From positions 137,985 through 201,984 of the forward strand of contig MU058432.1 in assembly GCA_013265495.1 (NCBI GenBank): a stretch of 64,000 bases of DNA, read 5' to 3'. How positions within the stretch are numbered: position 1 is the first letter of the stretch; the number at the start of each line of letters is the position of its first letter. Below are positions 23,680-37,500 of the stretch, in pieces. The notes beneath the pieces are model-generated. The model made no database searches and had not been told where the DNA came from. It saw nothing but the letters and a program-made list of their open reading frames with translations. Source of the DNA: Vicugna vicugna. Lineage: Eukaryota. The position numbers were made by a program, and so were the translations under genes.

Positions 23680-24145
23680 TGTGAGCGGAAAAATACTGCA
23701 AACCATATCAGTAAACAAAGAATGCTGAAGCCATCAAGTCATCAGCCAGTGAAGACAAGCCTGCAGCCCGGCCTCTGCAGCCACTAAAACTGGGTGCCCT
23801 CTGAGGGGACCCGGAATAAGAAAGGACAGGACACTGGCCCCAGATAGCCAGGTGCTTGTCAAAGGAGTGAATTCAGTGAGCCCAAATGTTTGCTTCCTCC
23901 CATACATAGAAAAGCACTAAATTCTTTAACTCAAGATGCCTGGTTTTCTTTAGGTAACAAGTAATCTTCTATTGTTCCTACTACCTGGTCTTTGTTGTAA
24001 GAACTCCATTATATATCCTAACTCCAGCCCTACCTCTTCGGAGCAGCCCCTCAGAGCCATCTGAGGGGCTGTCATCCCGGCTCGAGTCCTCCGGCCAAAT
24101 GAAACGTAACTCAACTAGTAGGCTGCGCATTTATTTCAGCAGACA
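23680..24145 (+). mobile_element. Solo ERV1-type LTR, family B
   Basis: TGT...ACA termini; flanks CAGA/TAGA; homologous to 15056-15535. Confidence 0.85.
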
Positions 24146-25726
24146 TAGAGAACCCCAACTTACTGCAGTGCCGACTGGTGCCTGCTGAGGCCGTGCGGCC
24201 CCCAAACTACCAGCCCTTGGGCATCTGCCTGCTCCTCTTCAGGAGGTAAACTCCTGATGGGTGTCTGCCTTAGCACAATTAACAGCCCTGGGAAAAGTCA
24301 CCGCAGCTCCGGCTGACTTGTCACAGCCCACATCTCCCCCTTACCTGAGTCATGAATTTCACTGCCTTGCTTGTGTCAGCTCACGTCTCCATCTTAGTGG
24401 AGTCATAAATCCACTATCCTCCCACGTACCAAAGCCCCTTACCTCACTTAGAGCTGATCAGAAGGCTGTTCCCCTATCCCTTTGTGTTCCCAGCCCCTTC
24501 CCCAGTAGAAGACCCTGCACGTTCACACTTGGTGGACACGTGGGCTCCCCGCACCTGCGTGGCCCACTGTTGCCTATAGCAACATAACTATTAAACTTTG
24601 CTATGTTCTTAATCTTTCCCTTGCTTTTGGTACTCTTTTTACCAGCCTGCGTCACCGGCCCTGCCCAGTGTCCCCCAACACTTACCAGAGCAGAGATCCA
24701 TGATCAGAAATGTCTACAAGAACCAGTGGTGGGGTGTGGAGACCTGAACTGTAATTGATGAATTGCTGCAGGCTCCATGTGGACAAGTCCGAGCGATAAA
24801 AACTTTAGAGGGACCGAGTTACCTGGGGCCCTACACACATAATTTTGTATTACCTCCTGGAACTCAACCAGGTTATCATAAAGAATTTCAGAGGAAAAAA
24901 AAAATCCCCCCCATGTTTCCAGCAGGGGGAAAGGAAAGGGAACCATTTTGCAATATATCAGAGCATTCGGTTCTCCTTATCAAGGTCTGCTGTCAGGAGA
25001 AACTATTTAACCAGAGCCTCACCTGCTGGAACTTATCAGAGCCTAACTGACCCAGGGGAAGGGAAATAACCACGTCCAGCCTGCTCTAGCCATCCTGTCG
25101 CACCTAAAGGGGAGTGGGGAGTCGGGGCTTAGAAGCAGGAGTGAAATTCACAGGGCAGAAGCCCTAGCTCACCGTAACACTGAGACCTAATCATAGCACA
25201 GCAGAATGTGCCCACTCATTTTCAAACTGCCCTAACAAACTAATAGCCCCACGTAATGCTTAATCTCACAATAGCTCAGGCTGGCTTGCTTCAGCCCACC
25301 TTATCAGAGCCATAACCCCCACCGCCCTTCACAGACCCTAAACTTCTTACCTCACCTACAACCAATCAGAGACTTGTGCACATGCCGACCAGGCACCTTG
25401 TGACCTGACCTTATAAAACACCCCAACAACCGACCCTCGGGGCTCAAACAGGCAGCTTTCTTCAATGTGCCTACTGTTGTCTATGACGGTGTAACTTAAT
25501 AAACCCCTTTCTATTTTCATCCTTTTACCGCCCAAGACACTGGCCCCACCTTGCCCCCCCAAAACCTGAAACAAGCCAGTGGCAAAAACACCGTACCTAC
25601 AGAGGAGCAAAGATAAGAATTACATCCAACTTCTCAGAAACAGTGCAAGCAAGAGGGGCATGGAGTGAAAATACTGAAGGTATTAAGAGAAGGAAAAAAA
25701 CCCCCACCAATCTAAAATTCTGTACC

Positions 25727-26339
25727 TGTAGCAGGACAAAGGGTCCATTCGCTTGGTAGCTAAAGCCAGTCATATAGGTACCAACCATGTGAGTTATGAA
25801 TCTAGAAATTTTATTTCAGGCACACAAGCAAGGAGAACACTGGGAATAATCCCCAAAGCAGCATCTCCCTGAACACGGGAAAGTTGGTTCTTTTATTGGG
25901 ACAGAGGATGAATACTTAAACAGGAAAGCCTTGCCATTACATGGAGGCAGAAGTCATCTCACATAGGTGTGGTTTGGAAACATGCCTTTACATATATCAT
26001 ATATTATGTTAATGAGGCTTAAGCTCCACCTACCAGGGGTGGGGACATTTTAGCATTTAAATGAAGCAAAGCTAACCTTTGGACACTTCTCAATTCATCT
26101 ACACACAGTGACCTCGCAATCAGGCTCTGGTTAGGTCAAGCCGATTGGTGATTGTATCTCTTCCTGAAGCTGTCAGTAGTCTGACAAACACCAGGTGCCA
26201 CTAACAGGATATTAAAGTTGCCTTGTCCTGGAAACTTTGGATCCTGAAAACTAGTGAGTCACCTGCCAGAATAGGGGTATTTGCACCCTTTCCAGTTGCT
26301 CCTTCTCTTATGGAGTACCTGAGGTACTGGTTGGTGACA
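25727..26339. mobile_element. Solo LTR inserted into an L1 ORF1 relic
   Basis: TGT...ACA termini; TSD TACC; L1 ORF1 sequence (AATTCTGTACC / GAAATTATCTTCAAAAGTGAAGGA) resumes on the far side. Confidence 0.8.
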
Positions 26340-26514
26340 TACCCCGAGAAATTATCTTCAAAAGTGAAGGAAACTTTTAAAAATCAAATTTTAGAAAAAT
26401 ACTAAAAGGCAAAAAAAAAAAAAAAAGTGAAGGAAAAATACTTTTTCAGACAAACAAAAAAATTGAAGGAGTTTGTTGCCATTAGATCTACCTTGCAAGA
26501 AATGTTAAAAGTTG

Positions 26515-28210
26515 AAGGTCTGGGGAAGATGGAGGAGTAGACTTGAAGCACCAGGAATCTTATCTCCCCACCTAGACAGCAAATGTAGTGTCAGAATTCA
26601 TCTGATGCAACTATTTTGGAATGCTGGAGTGTGCAGAAGACTTGTGCTTCCGGGGGAAAATCTGGATGGTAAATTGTGGAAAATTTCAGGCAATTCTGGC
26701 TCTTTGTATACTAACCACTACGCATTCCCTGCCATCCCCCAACCACATGGCAGGCAGCTGTACACAAATCCCTGGAGCAGTTTTCACACAGCTTGTAGAA
26801 ACTAGGGTGGGTGAAAAGGACCCTATTCTCCAAATATCAGGGATCTGTGGTCTGATTGCTGCTTCTAATCACAGAAGTGCAAGGAAGTGGGCTGCCATTG
26901 GCCTTGAATCTCACCCAACTGTTGCAAGCCTCTCCCCACGCCTGCTCAAGTGACTACCAGATTTAAAAGGGCCAGCACCCTTTTGTTATCCCCTTTTTTT
27001 TTTTTTTTTTGCTTTTCCCCTTTCAGGAGACAGACATTAAAGATTAGGGTATTAAAGAAAAAAAGATTAGGGTATTTAAAAACAACTGCACATTGGAGAA
27101 ACTTAGAAAATGACTATGCAGACCCAAGAAAGGGCCCAGAAAAGTTATAAGAAAACATTAGGTTTATACCTCAGGCTAAAACTTAGTTCAGAGGCAGCCT
27201 ACACAAATTAAATAAGTAAATAAATAAGTAAATAAATAAATAAATTGAAAATAATAATAAAACAGAAAACCTTGCATGGGATGGAGAGGAATTTTGTTTC
27301 CAAAGTTACCACATTATTAGATTCAAATGTCCAGTTTTCAACATAAAAACCACAAGGCAAACAAAGAAACAGGAAAGCATGGCCCATTCAAAGGAAAAAA
27401 ATAAATTCAACAGAATCTATCCCTGAAAAAGACTTAGTGGCAGATATATTAGACAAAGACTTTAATAAACAACCGTCCTAAAGATGCTCAAAGAACTAAA
27501 GGAAGATGTATAGAAAGTCAAGCAAATGATGTGTGAACCAACTGGAAATACCAATAAAGACATAGGAAACCTAAAAAGAAATCTAAAAACTGGTGGAGCT
27601 GAAAAGTACAATAACTGAAATGAAAATTTCACTAGAGGGATTCAAAGGCAGATTTGAGTTGGCTGAAGAAAAAATCAGCAGTCCTTTAAGATAGGATGAT
27701 GGAAATCATTGAGACTGAGGAACAGGAAAAGAAGATTAAAGAAATGCAATCCAAGTCTAAGAGATCTGTGGGGCAGCCTCAAAAAGACCAATTTGTGCAT
27801 CATGGGAATCCCAGAAGAAGAGAGAGGAAAAAAGGGCATAGAGAACATTTGAAGAAATAATGACTGAAAACTTTCCAAATTTGAAGACATGAATATACTC
27901 ATCCAAGGTGCTTAACAAACTCCTAGTGAGATGAACTCAGAGACCCACATCAAGACACATTGTAATCACACTTTCGAAAGGCAAAGACAAAGAACAAATC
28001 TTGAAAGCAGCGGGAGAAGCAATTTATTATATACAAGAGATCCTCAAGAAGATTGTCTGATTTCTCATCAGAAATTTTGGAGTCCAGAAGACAGCAGGCC
28101 AATATATTCAAAGTGCTAAAAAGAAAAAAAAAAAGTCAACCATATCTGGCAAAACGTTCTTCAAAAATAGAGGGAGAAATGAAGACATAACCAGATAAAC
28201 AGAAGCTGAT
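26515..28210 (+). mobile_element. Old L1 5' UTR and decayed ORF1
   Basis: Starts AAGATGGAGGAGTAG; ORF1 relics such as GGAATCCCAGAAGAAGAGAG and GAAATAATGACTGAAAACTTTCCAAATTTG. Confidence 0.85.
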
Positions 28211-28435
28211 AAATGATTAACTGTTAGGGTCTTGGATATCTGTTTATTTTTTCCTGCTTGATCCAGCAATTTCTAAGATTAACTCTCCAACAAGATTTGT
28301 CTGTGTATTCATTTCCTCCTGAAGTTCCATCTATTATTGTTTGATATATGTTGATATTGAATTAATCATTCTATTATGCCAGTAAGCCACATCTTTATTC
28401 ATTATATTTTTGTCTTACATTCTATTTTGATCGTC

Positions 28436-28840
28436 TTTTTAATTGAAGTAGAGTTGGTTTACAATGTTGTTAGTTTCTAGTGTATAGTGCAGAGATTCTG
28501 TTGTACATAAATATATATTCTTTTTCATTATCAGTTATTACAATCTATTTAATATAGTTCCCTGTGCTATACAGTAGGACCTTCTTGTTTATCTATTTTG
28601 TATATAGTAGTTTGTATTTCCTAATCCCAAACTCCTAATTTATCCTTCCCCCAACCCTTTCCCATTTGGTAACCATAAGTTGGTTTTCTATGCCTCTGAA
28701 TCTTTTTGTTTTATAAATAAATTTATTTATGTCCTTTTTTTAAAGACTCCACATATAAGTGATACCATGTAATATTCGTCTACAAATTCCCCTACCATGA
28801 TAATTTCTAGGTTCATCCATGTTGCTAGAAATGGCATATT
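28436..28840 (-). mobile_element. L1 3' UTR fragment
   Basis: Homologous to 17090-17490. Confidence 0.9.
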
Positions 28841-29986
28841 TTAATAGATATTAAGATTGACAGTCTATTCTGGTCATTATGCATCAGGTAGCACGTCCTG
28901 TCCACTTTGTTGTTGCTCTCTTAGTTATCAGATGTTTATTTCTTCTAACCTGTGAACTCACGTTACCCAGGAGTGTGAGCTCCTTTGTCTGGTAGTATGC
29001 AGAAAGAAAAGACCAAAGACTGGCGCTTGTCTTTGTCAATCTTCCCAAGTTTAAGTAGAGATTAGAGGGGAGTCAAAAAATCCCAAAGCACCACAAAAAT
29101 CACTGTTGATCATGCTGGTCAACACACCAGCAACTCCTCTGGTCCAGCTCTACCTTTAAACCCCTTAGGAAGCAACAGCCCTGGGAGGAGTCCTCCTCCC
29201 TTGATAGAATCTACTATCCCTGTGATGTTGGAGAAGAAAGCCAAGGAGTGAATGCCCATATGTTGGCCTGTATTTGCCTCTTTTCATCAGGACTCTAGTA
29301 CAAGCTGTTGACACCAGTGGCCAGGCTGCTGTGACTGATTTCTGTGGGCAAGGGAACAGCGATGGTCATGGCAATGTCACATACGCCAAAGGCCAGAGTA
29401 AGCTTGCACGCGATGCCTCTCCCAGATGCCACATAATAAGGCTAGCATTTTTGACGTCTTTGACACATTTAGTCCCACATCCTTTCAAAATAAAAACCAA
29501 AGGAAAGCTCTTCCATTAGTCCTTTATTCCTGAGGCTTTCCAAGGCATTCCCTCTCTCTCTGACCCATCGTCTGGGGGATTCCCTCTCATGCTCAGCATC
29601 TGCTCTTGCCTCTGACTCAAAATGTAAATCCATCAGCTTTCAGTCCCCCACTTATATGGTCACATACACCTATATTCTTGTTTATTTCCCTTAATCTCAT
29701 AGGAAGATTTATCCTTCTTGCTGTTTTGAAGGAAGGAGGGAAGTTCAACTTATCTATTTACGAGATGCCTGCTGCATGCCAAAATCCATGTTCTATGGGT
29801 CCCTTGTGGATAGTAAATCTATTTTAATCTATCTGGATAAAGGAATTTAAATAAGAAATCACAACTGTCATGGGTATTAGAAGAGGAAACGCATGGGGTA
29901 CAAAATAAAGAATGTAACATTTTCTCTTCTTCACCCCTGCTTCCTTCGTTGCTTCATCTCTAAGAATGGCTTAGGGTTTAGGCATT

Positions 29987-30581
29987 TGTTATCAAACCCA
30001 AGTTCGTGTGCCCAATGCAGAGTGAGGTCAAACAAACAAAAACATCAGAGTTTGGAGCAGGGAAAGGTTTACTGCCAGGGCCATGCAAGGGGAATGTGTG
30101 GCTTGTGCTCAAAAGACCTACATTCCCCAATGGTTTTGGGGGAAGAGTATTCATAGGCAAAATTTTGGGGGATGGCTGCAGGGCGTGTGACTGTCCTCTG
30201 ATTGGTTGGTGGTGAGATGTTCAAGGAATCTCAATCACCAGCCTTATGGTTCTAAGCCAGTTCTAACAGGCTTGGGCTCTGCCTGAAGTTACCATCCTCC
30301 ACCTGGGTGGGGGGCCTTAGTTCCTGTAGAAGAACTCAGGGATATATTGTTACGTATATTCCTTGAGGAGGAACCATCAATGCACTATTTACAGTTTCTT
30401 GAGTGCTGCTCCTTTGTTTGTCTGTTTCCTCTCTTTCCTAATTAGTAACTGTTGGAACCTGACCTTTGGAGCTCAGGGAAGGTCCTAGGAGGCCAAAGAC
30501 TTTTTCTGAGAAACAAGAAACCAGGAACACAGAAAGGCTTTTGTACTCTGGAGTCCCCCCAGAGAGTGCTCTTTGGTTGCA
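29987..30581 (-). mobile_element. Solo ERV-type LTR
   Basis: TGTTA...TTGCA termini and LTR-like internal motifs; the TSD is not clean. Confidence 0.7.
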
Positions 30582-31064
30582 ATCTCCCCGACCCCTTTTT
30601 CTTTGATACTCTTCAGTCTTGAGGGGAACAGGTGTTGGACAAGAAAGAAAATAACGTTTTGGATGGAGAGGTTAATCATAAACTCAGCAGAAGAGAATTT
30701 GGTTTTAGGGGGACTTGGTTTCAGTTTAAGTTTTTTGAAAAATCAAGCATTATCATTAAAACAAAAAATCTCAGTCTTAATGAAAAAACACATACCTTTT
30801 GGGGGACAAATGTGGGAAAGTGGGAATAATGGAGGAAATATGTGGGGAGAATTCCAACTGTCAGCTGGGGCCAGCCCTAGGCTTCCCACTTTCCACTAGC
30901 TGGCCAGACTTTGTGAGAATCTGTTTTGGAAGGGGTTCTACTCCAGTGAACCCCATTCTATTTCCAAGACAATGATATCCAGCATAGATAACCCAGGCAC
31001 TGGGAATACACTAAGTGTGGTATATACAGCTTACATTAGAGTTGGGAATACTATAAAAACAGTA

Positions 31065-31733
31065 GACTTACCATATGATCCAGCAATCCCACTCATGGGC
31101 ATATATCCAGAGGGAACTCTAATTCAAAATATACATGCACCTCAAATGTTCATAGCAGTACTATATACAGTAAGCAAGACATGAAAGCAACCTAAATGTC
31201 CATCAACAGATGACTGGATAAAGAAGTAGTGGTATGTTTATACAATGGAATACTACTCAGCCATAAAAAAGAATAAAATAATGCCATTTGCAGCAACATG
31301 GATGGACCTAGAGATCATCATTCTAAGTGAAGTAAGCCAGAAAGAGAAAGAAAAATACCATATGATATCACATATGATATAAATGTGGAATCTAAAAAAA
31401 AAAAAGAAAAAGGACACTAATGAATTCGTCGACAAAACAGAAACAGACTCACAGACATAGTAAACAATCTTATGGTTACTATGGGGAAAGGCAGGGGAAG
31501 GGATAAATTTGTGAGTTTGAGATTTGCAGATGTTAGCCACTATATAAAAAAATAGATTAAAAAAATAAATTTCTTCTGTATAACACAGGGAACTATATTC
31601 AATATCTTGTAATAACCTTTCATGAAAAAGAATATGAAAACAAATATATGAATGTACATGTATGACTGGGACATTGTGCTGTGCACCAGAAATTGACACA
31701 TTTTAATTGACTGTATCTTAATTTAAAAAAAGT
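31065..31733 (+). mobile_element. 5'-truncated L1
   Basis: ORF2 end (DLPYDPAIPL) plus 3' UTR; 11-bp TSD TAAAAACAGTA at 31054-31064 and 31734-31744. Confidence 0.95.
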
Positions 31734-32019
31734 TAAAAACAGTATTGACAATAAAGAGTGAGAGATGTTGTAAGGCAATCAATAAGGATTTTGTGGCAGA
31801 GCATGGCAAGAACACTCAAACTACTCTGGGAGGGTGAGCAGAGAGAACTTCTCCAAGGAAGGAATATTCAGCTTATTTCTGATGGAAAATGGTGGCAGTG
31901 AGGTCAGATGCGTGGGAATAAGTGCTCAGGAAGAGAGAGCCACACGTGACTCCGTATCCAGTCCTCCTTCCAGAATACACGCTGAGGTATGCCTGTAACC
32001 TGAATTTACTATCACCGCA

Positions 32020-33490
32020 GTGGGTTAAAAAATTATTTTTAATAACATGTTTTGTTTAACCCAACATGTACAAATATCATTTCAATGTATGGGTGATATA
32101 AAAATATCAATGAGGTATTTTACATTATTTTCTTTGCAGTCTTCAAAGTCCTATGTATATATATTTTCTACTTATTGCACATCTCAAAATTTCATCAAAA
32201 ATACTTGATTTATATGTAGATTTCATAAAATTTAAAATAAAATTGAAAAAGTAGATTCACACAGGTGAATTGTTCCAAAAACACTTAAAAGTTTTCTAAT
32301 AACCGAGTTAGTTATGAAAAAATAATTTTCTTTTAGTAGTCTCACTCACACTGACAAAACTGATTCATTTTAATTTTTTTATAAGAACAAATTTGACTTT
32401 GAAGAAAACACATTAATTTTGAAATTCAATCAGTCCAAATTGAGTAACTTCACTAACTCTCTGTACACTCAGTATTAAAATTAACATTATATTGAAAGGG
32501 CTATTGCACAAATAGAAAACAATTCTAAATTTATTCTTATCAAAAAAGTATTCTAATGCTCTTACGGTTTTTACAGATCTTACATAACACTGTTGACTAC
32601 AATTAAAATCATCTCTATGTTGATTCATGTTAAAAATGTGGAAAATCACTATTGATTTGACTTACGAAAAATTTCATTTTCCATATAAATTCTCATATCT
32701 GCCTAGAAAGGTCATAAATTAACTTTTCCTTTTATTGGAGATTAAAATTTAGGTCATGCATGTACAGTATAATATCAATGAGAAAACATAAATTACCTTT
32801 CTGGTCTTTGATTATTAACTGTTTGGCAAATATTCCTTTTTGTTCCAAGCATTGGAATTCTTGTTCCAAGAATTGGAGCAAATATGATACATTTTTTAAA
32901 AACTCATCTGTGATTCATTTAACAAGCACTGGCAAAGAACACAAGATCATTCAATTCACTGTATTCCATTCCATTTCATAGCTCCATAAATTGGTGATGA
33001 TTCGTGGCGTTTTCACATATATACTCACAGTGATTTTAAAAACACAACATTGTAAATCAACTGTACTTCAATTTAAAAAAAAAACTGTGACACTTTTCAC
33101 AGAGGCTGCTTAAAAAGCTGAGCAAAAATACTTTCATTGGAATGATGCAGTAAGTAAAATATGTCATTTTAAAATTCTAATAAACCCTGGTATCTGACCT
33201 AACAGAGTTGCAGCACCATATTCATCATGATAGAAATTAATTTAATTATGTTTAGTTGAAATCTTTCTTTAACAGATGTCTTATGCCAGGAGTTTGGTTT
33301 TGGGGGTCATGAATTGGTATTTCTTCAAAAATTTGGAAGTCCTTTGAAACAAAACGAATTTATTTGGTCAGTGCTTACAACACATGATTCAGCTAAAGCA
33401 GAGAACTTGCAATTTTCAAACTTTGTATCAATTGACACTTGATATTGTTAGAAATTGTGTTCTACACGCAATTGTTGGTTAGCTTAATTG
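32020..33490 (-). mobile_element. Charlie1-like hAT DNA transposon relic
   Basis: AT-rich block with Charlie1-like motifs (TTTAACCCAA, GCACATCTCAA, AAAATACTTGAT, AAAAGTAGATTCAC). Confidence 0.7.
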
Positions 33491-34347
33491 AAAACTTTCA
33501 TTTTGTGTAAAATAAGTATTTTTGTCTTTTCCTCACACCTCAGTGTTGTTTTTTTTTTAATAGTAGCTGAAAATTAGAATCACTGGGGTGGGGGGATTAA
33601 AACAAAACATGCAAAAGACCAAGCCTAATGCAGATCCAATGAATCCAACCCTCTGGCGGTGGGCCCAGGTAAGCTCTGTAATCTGAAGCTAGCAGGTGAC
33701 TTTAGTGAGCAATCAGGAGTGAGAAGCACAGAGAGAGACCTCAGCCTTCAGATCACACCTCCAGTGGACGGAGGGCACTGCTTTCCGTCATGGACGGAAG
33801 AGGCCTGTGCTCAGCTCGGTGAATCCACCGTATCCACCCACTGGTGGCGCCTCCCATCACTCACAGGGAGGGGCTTCCAGCCGGGTCCATATACTTCCTG
33901 ATATGTTCCTCTCCCCCACTTTCCCTACCCTTAACCTTCTTAGCTGCTGCAGTTTAGCCTCTGCCCACTTTCCTATCTCTGCGCCTCAATACACACTATT
34001 CCTTGATGGCAAACAGTACAGATCACCTCAAAGTTCATCTGAAATCTTAACCTTTCCCTGATCAAATCCATACTCTTCTGTGTCTAAAGCAATCAGCTTG
34101 GGCGACTCGAGCAGGGGTACCACTCTCCGTCTTGCTGTTTGCATTGCTTTACCCTAATTCTCTAAATGCCCTGGGATCTTCTTAAAGGCAGGGAGCCAAC
34201 GCTGACTGACCTTGACCCCGACCCACTTTGTGTGAGGGTGGGCACCTGAGTAAACCCGCTGAATGAGTGAGTAAATGGACAACTGAATATACTTACAGAG
34301 AATTTAACAGGCATGAACGAATACAGAAACCAAAAAAAATACGCATT

Positions 34348-34353
34348 TTTAAT
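34348..34353 (-). terminator. Polyadenylation signal ATTAAA of the LYPD9-like gene
   Basis: ATTAAA about 35 nt after the stop codon, followed on - by a T/GT-rich element (TGCGTATTTTTTTGGTTTCTGT). Confidence 0.6.
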
Positions 34354-34387
34354 TCATAAATGGAGATGGCTGGGCCCTTGCAGGAGC

Positions 34388-34578
34388 TCAAGAAAGCAGC
34401 TTCTCCAGGAAGAGAATAAAGATGATGGGAGTTGGGGGTCTGACCCGGGACCCATTACTGGCGGCTGGTCTGCAGGTTTTACTCTGGTTAGCGACTGGGA
34501 AACCCATGTAAGTTACTGTCTCTTCACACAGGTCTGCTTGTACGCATCTCTTCACTTCAACAGCTATGTCTCTGAGAC
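34388..34578 (-). CDS. LYPD9: Coding exon 3 (second half of the LU domain plus GPI-type signal) of the LYPD9-like gene
   Basis: TTCCTTGCAG| acceptor, phase 1; KRC...LC...TC, then SNGS and hydrophobic IIFILFLEKLLS; TGA at 34390-34388. Confidence 0.9.
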
Positions 34579-37500
34579 CTGCAAGGAACCATGAATGAGA
34601 CTTCTGCTCTCTCCTTCCTTCGACTCCCCTCTTTCCCCACCCAGACTGGGCTAGGGTAAGACATAAGCCAGGCCACACTCAAGTGTGAGTCACTCAGTAT
34701 GGGTCTCCTTAGTGGCGGCAGTGGGCTGGTGGCCTTCAAACAGCAGGGCCTCCTATCTCCTAAGCCCCCTCACAACCCATCTCAATCAAATAGTGGTAAA
34801 TTTTATGAAGCTTCTTTAAATAAGTTTTTTTTTTCAATCCATATTATCACTTGGGGGTCTAGTGTTATGTCTTTTTATTATAATTTTCCAGTTTTATTAA
34901 GTAGAATTATTATAGTTCAACTGCACATACACATTATATTGCATGTGAATCCATATAAACAGTATACTGCACATTTTTTCAGTTTTCATATATGTACTCA
35001 TTATTGTTTCTAAGAACAGATCAGGTCCTTAGCTTTTTAGCATTATGTCTTTAAAAGACATTTTACACAGATGATATTATGAACCGTTTCCTTCTGTTAG
35101 TCCTCCAAGGACTGTCAGGAGCATCCTGCATGCGACTGATCCACAAGGATTTGGGGCTTCATGATTTTAAGGACATAGATCTAATCTCCTCTTATTCTTG
35201 GAGTTTTTTTTTTTTTTAATAATAGCAATAGCTATAAAAAAAAAAAGCTATCACTTTGACTGTGTTCCCTGCCTTTCAAGGTGCATTCAGATACATTCTT
35301 TCATGGGGCAGCCACTCTAAGCTCTTGGTGATTTCATCTTGCCTCCTCTGGGCGCCACATCCAGTGACTGCTACTTGAAAACAATCACTCTGCTATGCAA
35401 AGTTACACAAACAGGAAATGTGAGACTCCAAGAGACCAACCAATATGATGAGCCCCTGCAATGACGCCACTGACGGGGAACTCCAGGAAGGCTGCGCGCC
35501 CCAGTCAGCGGGAGAAGATGAGAAGGGAAAGACGAGCCGTGAGAACAGCCCAGACTCGTGGGGCTCTGTGCACTGCTCTTCACACTACACGGTACCACTG
35601 CTCGTAATTCACTTCTAATGTGTGTCTTCAGTTGATTTTGAGTTTTGTATTGGATTTTCTCAAAGTAAGCATAGTCAGTCATGCTTTACAATCTCTGAGG
35701 AAAGTTTAAGTTTGGTCATTGCCTGTCTCCAAGGCTTTTACTTTGAAAATTAAAACACACACACACACACACACACACACTCTCACACCTAACCACACAC
35801 AACAACTCAGGGTAGGGGGGAAAACACAAATTACCCCCGTGTTTAAAAAAAAAAACTAACCAAAGTTTGGAGAGAATGAAGGGTCATCTGATGTGTTGAA
35901 ACAACGTTCTCAAAGCCAGCAGAGAGTTTGTTGATGTAAGTGTGCAAAAATTCAGACATGAACAAAGGAATGAATGTGAGAAAGCCAATCAGATGTAATT
36001 TTGGAATCAAGCCACGGTGGGTGTCCTTATTTCTTAAGTGCTTTGGACAAAAGCTTATTTCTCCTCAACCCTATCCTTAAGACACACGCCCTAGAAGCTT
36101 GTGAGAGAGTGCCACTGTGTCTACACAACGCTGCATCCTAGGAAAGCACCTGTGTTTATGATGCCAGAAAACTCAACACACTTCGGTTTATCTGCTCGGC
36201 ACCACTTGAGGTCGTTTGTACACTTCCTTCCCATCACTGCAAAGCACGTTGGGCACTTGAGGCCATTGGAGTGAAGTTCGTCAACGTCCTTCTCCTCTAG
36301 GTCACTCATTTTGATCTCCCAGGAGACTGTTGAAAGAAAGAAAGGAAGGAAGGAAGGAAGGAAGGAAGAAACAAACCTGGCGGGCTGTTTGCCACTGGCA
36401 GGCAAATGAACCCATGCTCATGAGCAGAATGAGCGATCTGCCTCATATGTGGAATCTAAAGACTCATGGACAGAGAATACAGACTTGTGGTTACCAGGGG
36501 GGTAGAGGGTGGGAAGGGATAGACCGGGATTTCAAAATTGTAGAATAGATAAACAAGATTACACTGTATAGCACAGGGAAATATACACAAAATGTTATGA
36601 TAAATCACAGAGAAAAAAATGTGACAATGAGTGTGTATATGCCCATGAATGACTGAAAAATTGTGCTGAACACTGGAATTTGACACAACATTGTAAAATG
36701 ATTATAAATCAATAAAAAATGTTAAAAAAAAAGAATGAGCGATCTGCCCCGTTCCCCCTCCCCTGTGCCTCACCCCAGCATTCTGCATGTGACACTTAAC
36801 ACTTAAAACACTTACCACAAAAATTCCTGCCCTCATAGAGCTTACGTCATGATGAAGGAGGCAGACGAAAACAAAGAAGAAAACAGCACGGTATGTCAGG
36901 TGAGGATAAACACTAGTGAGAGAAACAGGACAGGACAGGAAGGACAGGGTGTGGCTGCAGTTAAGAGGGTGGTAAGGGAAGGTCTCCCCGAAAGGGTAAT
37001 TTTTTTGAATGGAGGTCTAAGAGAAGACTACCTCCAAATACTTGCCCAGAATGATTCAGTCTTACAAATAAGGGGCACAGGCTTTAGCATGCGCAGGATG
37101 CTTGACGAACGGTCCCCAGATGACAGGAGGGGGCCTTAACTCCCCCTGCATTCTCTGTCTTTAGGGCATCATAGTGAGCTGAAATCCACTGACCCCCTAC
37201 TTGCATCCCAGTGTCCCCACTAGCAGCTGCTGTTGAGGACAAACTCTAGACTTGGCTGTTCCGGTGGAAGATGTCGTGGGGCAGAGCAGAGAGTGGAAAG
37301 AACTATGGACGAAGAGGTGGAAACCTGTGGAAAATTAGGGCCGGGTGAAAAATGGGAGTGAAAGTCACAGTATTTTTCTGCAGAAATTTTCGCAGGTTAC
37401 CAAAAGGTGCTTTCAAATTGTTGACCTTCCCGCTCCAGCAGGACCTCCCCTCCTCTGGCTCTGCCAACCCCCACAGGGAGAGTAGCCTGTGACACCAAGG

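Noticed and set aside
36811..36860. Perfect minus-strand donor GTG|GTAAGT as an extra LYPD9 exon
   Set aside because: Lies at the edge of an L2-like fragment with no compatible coding frame.
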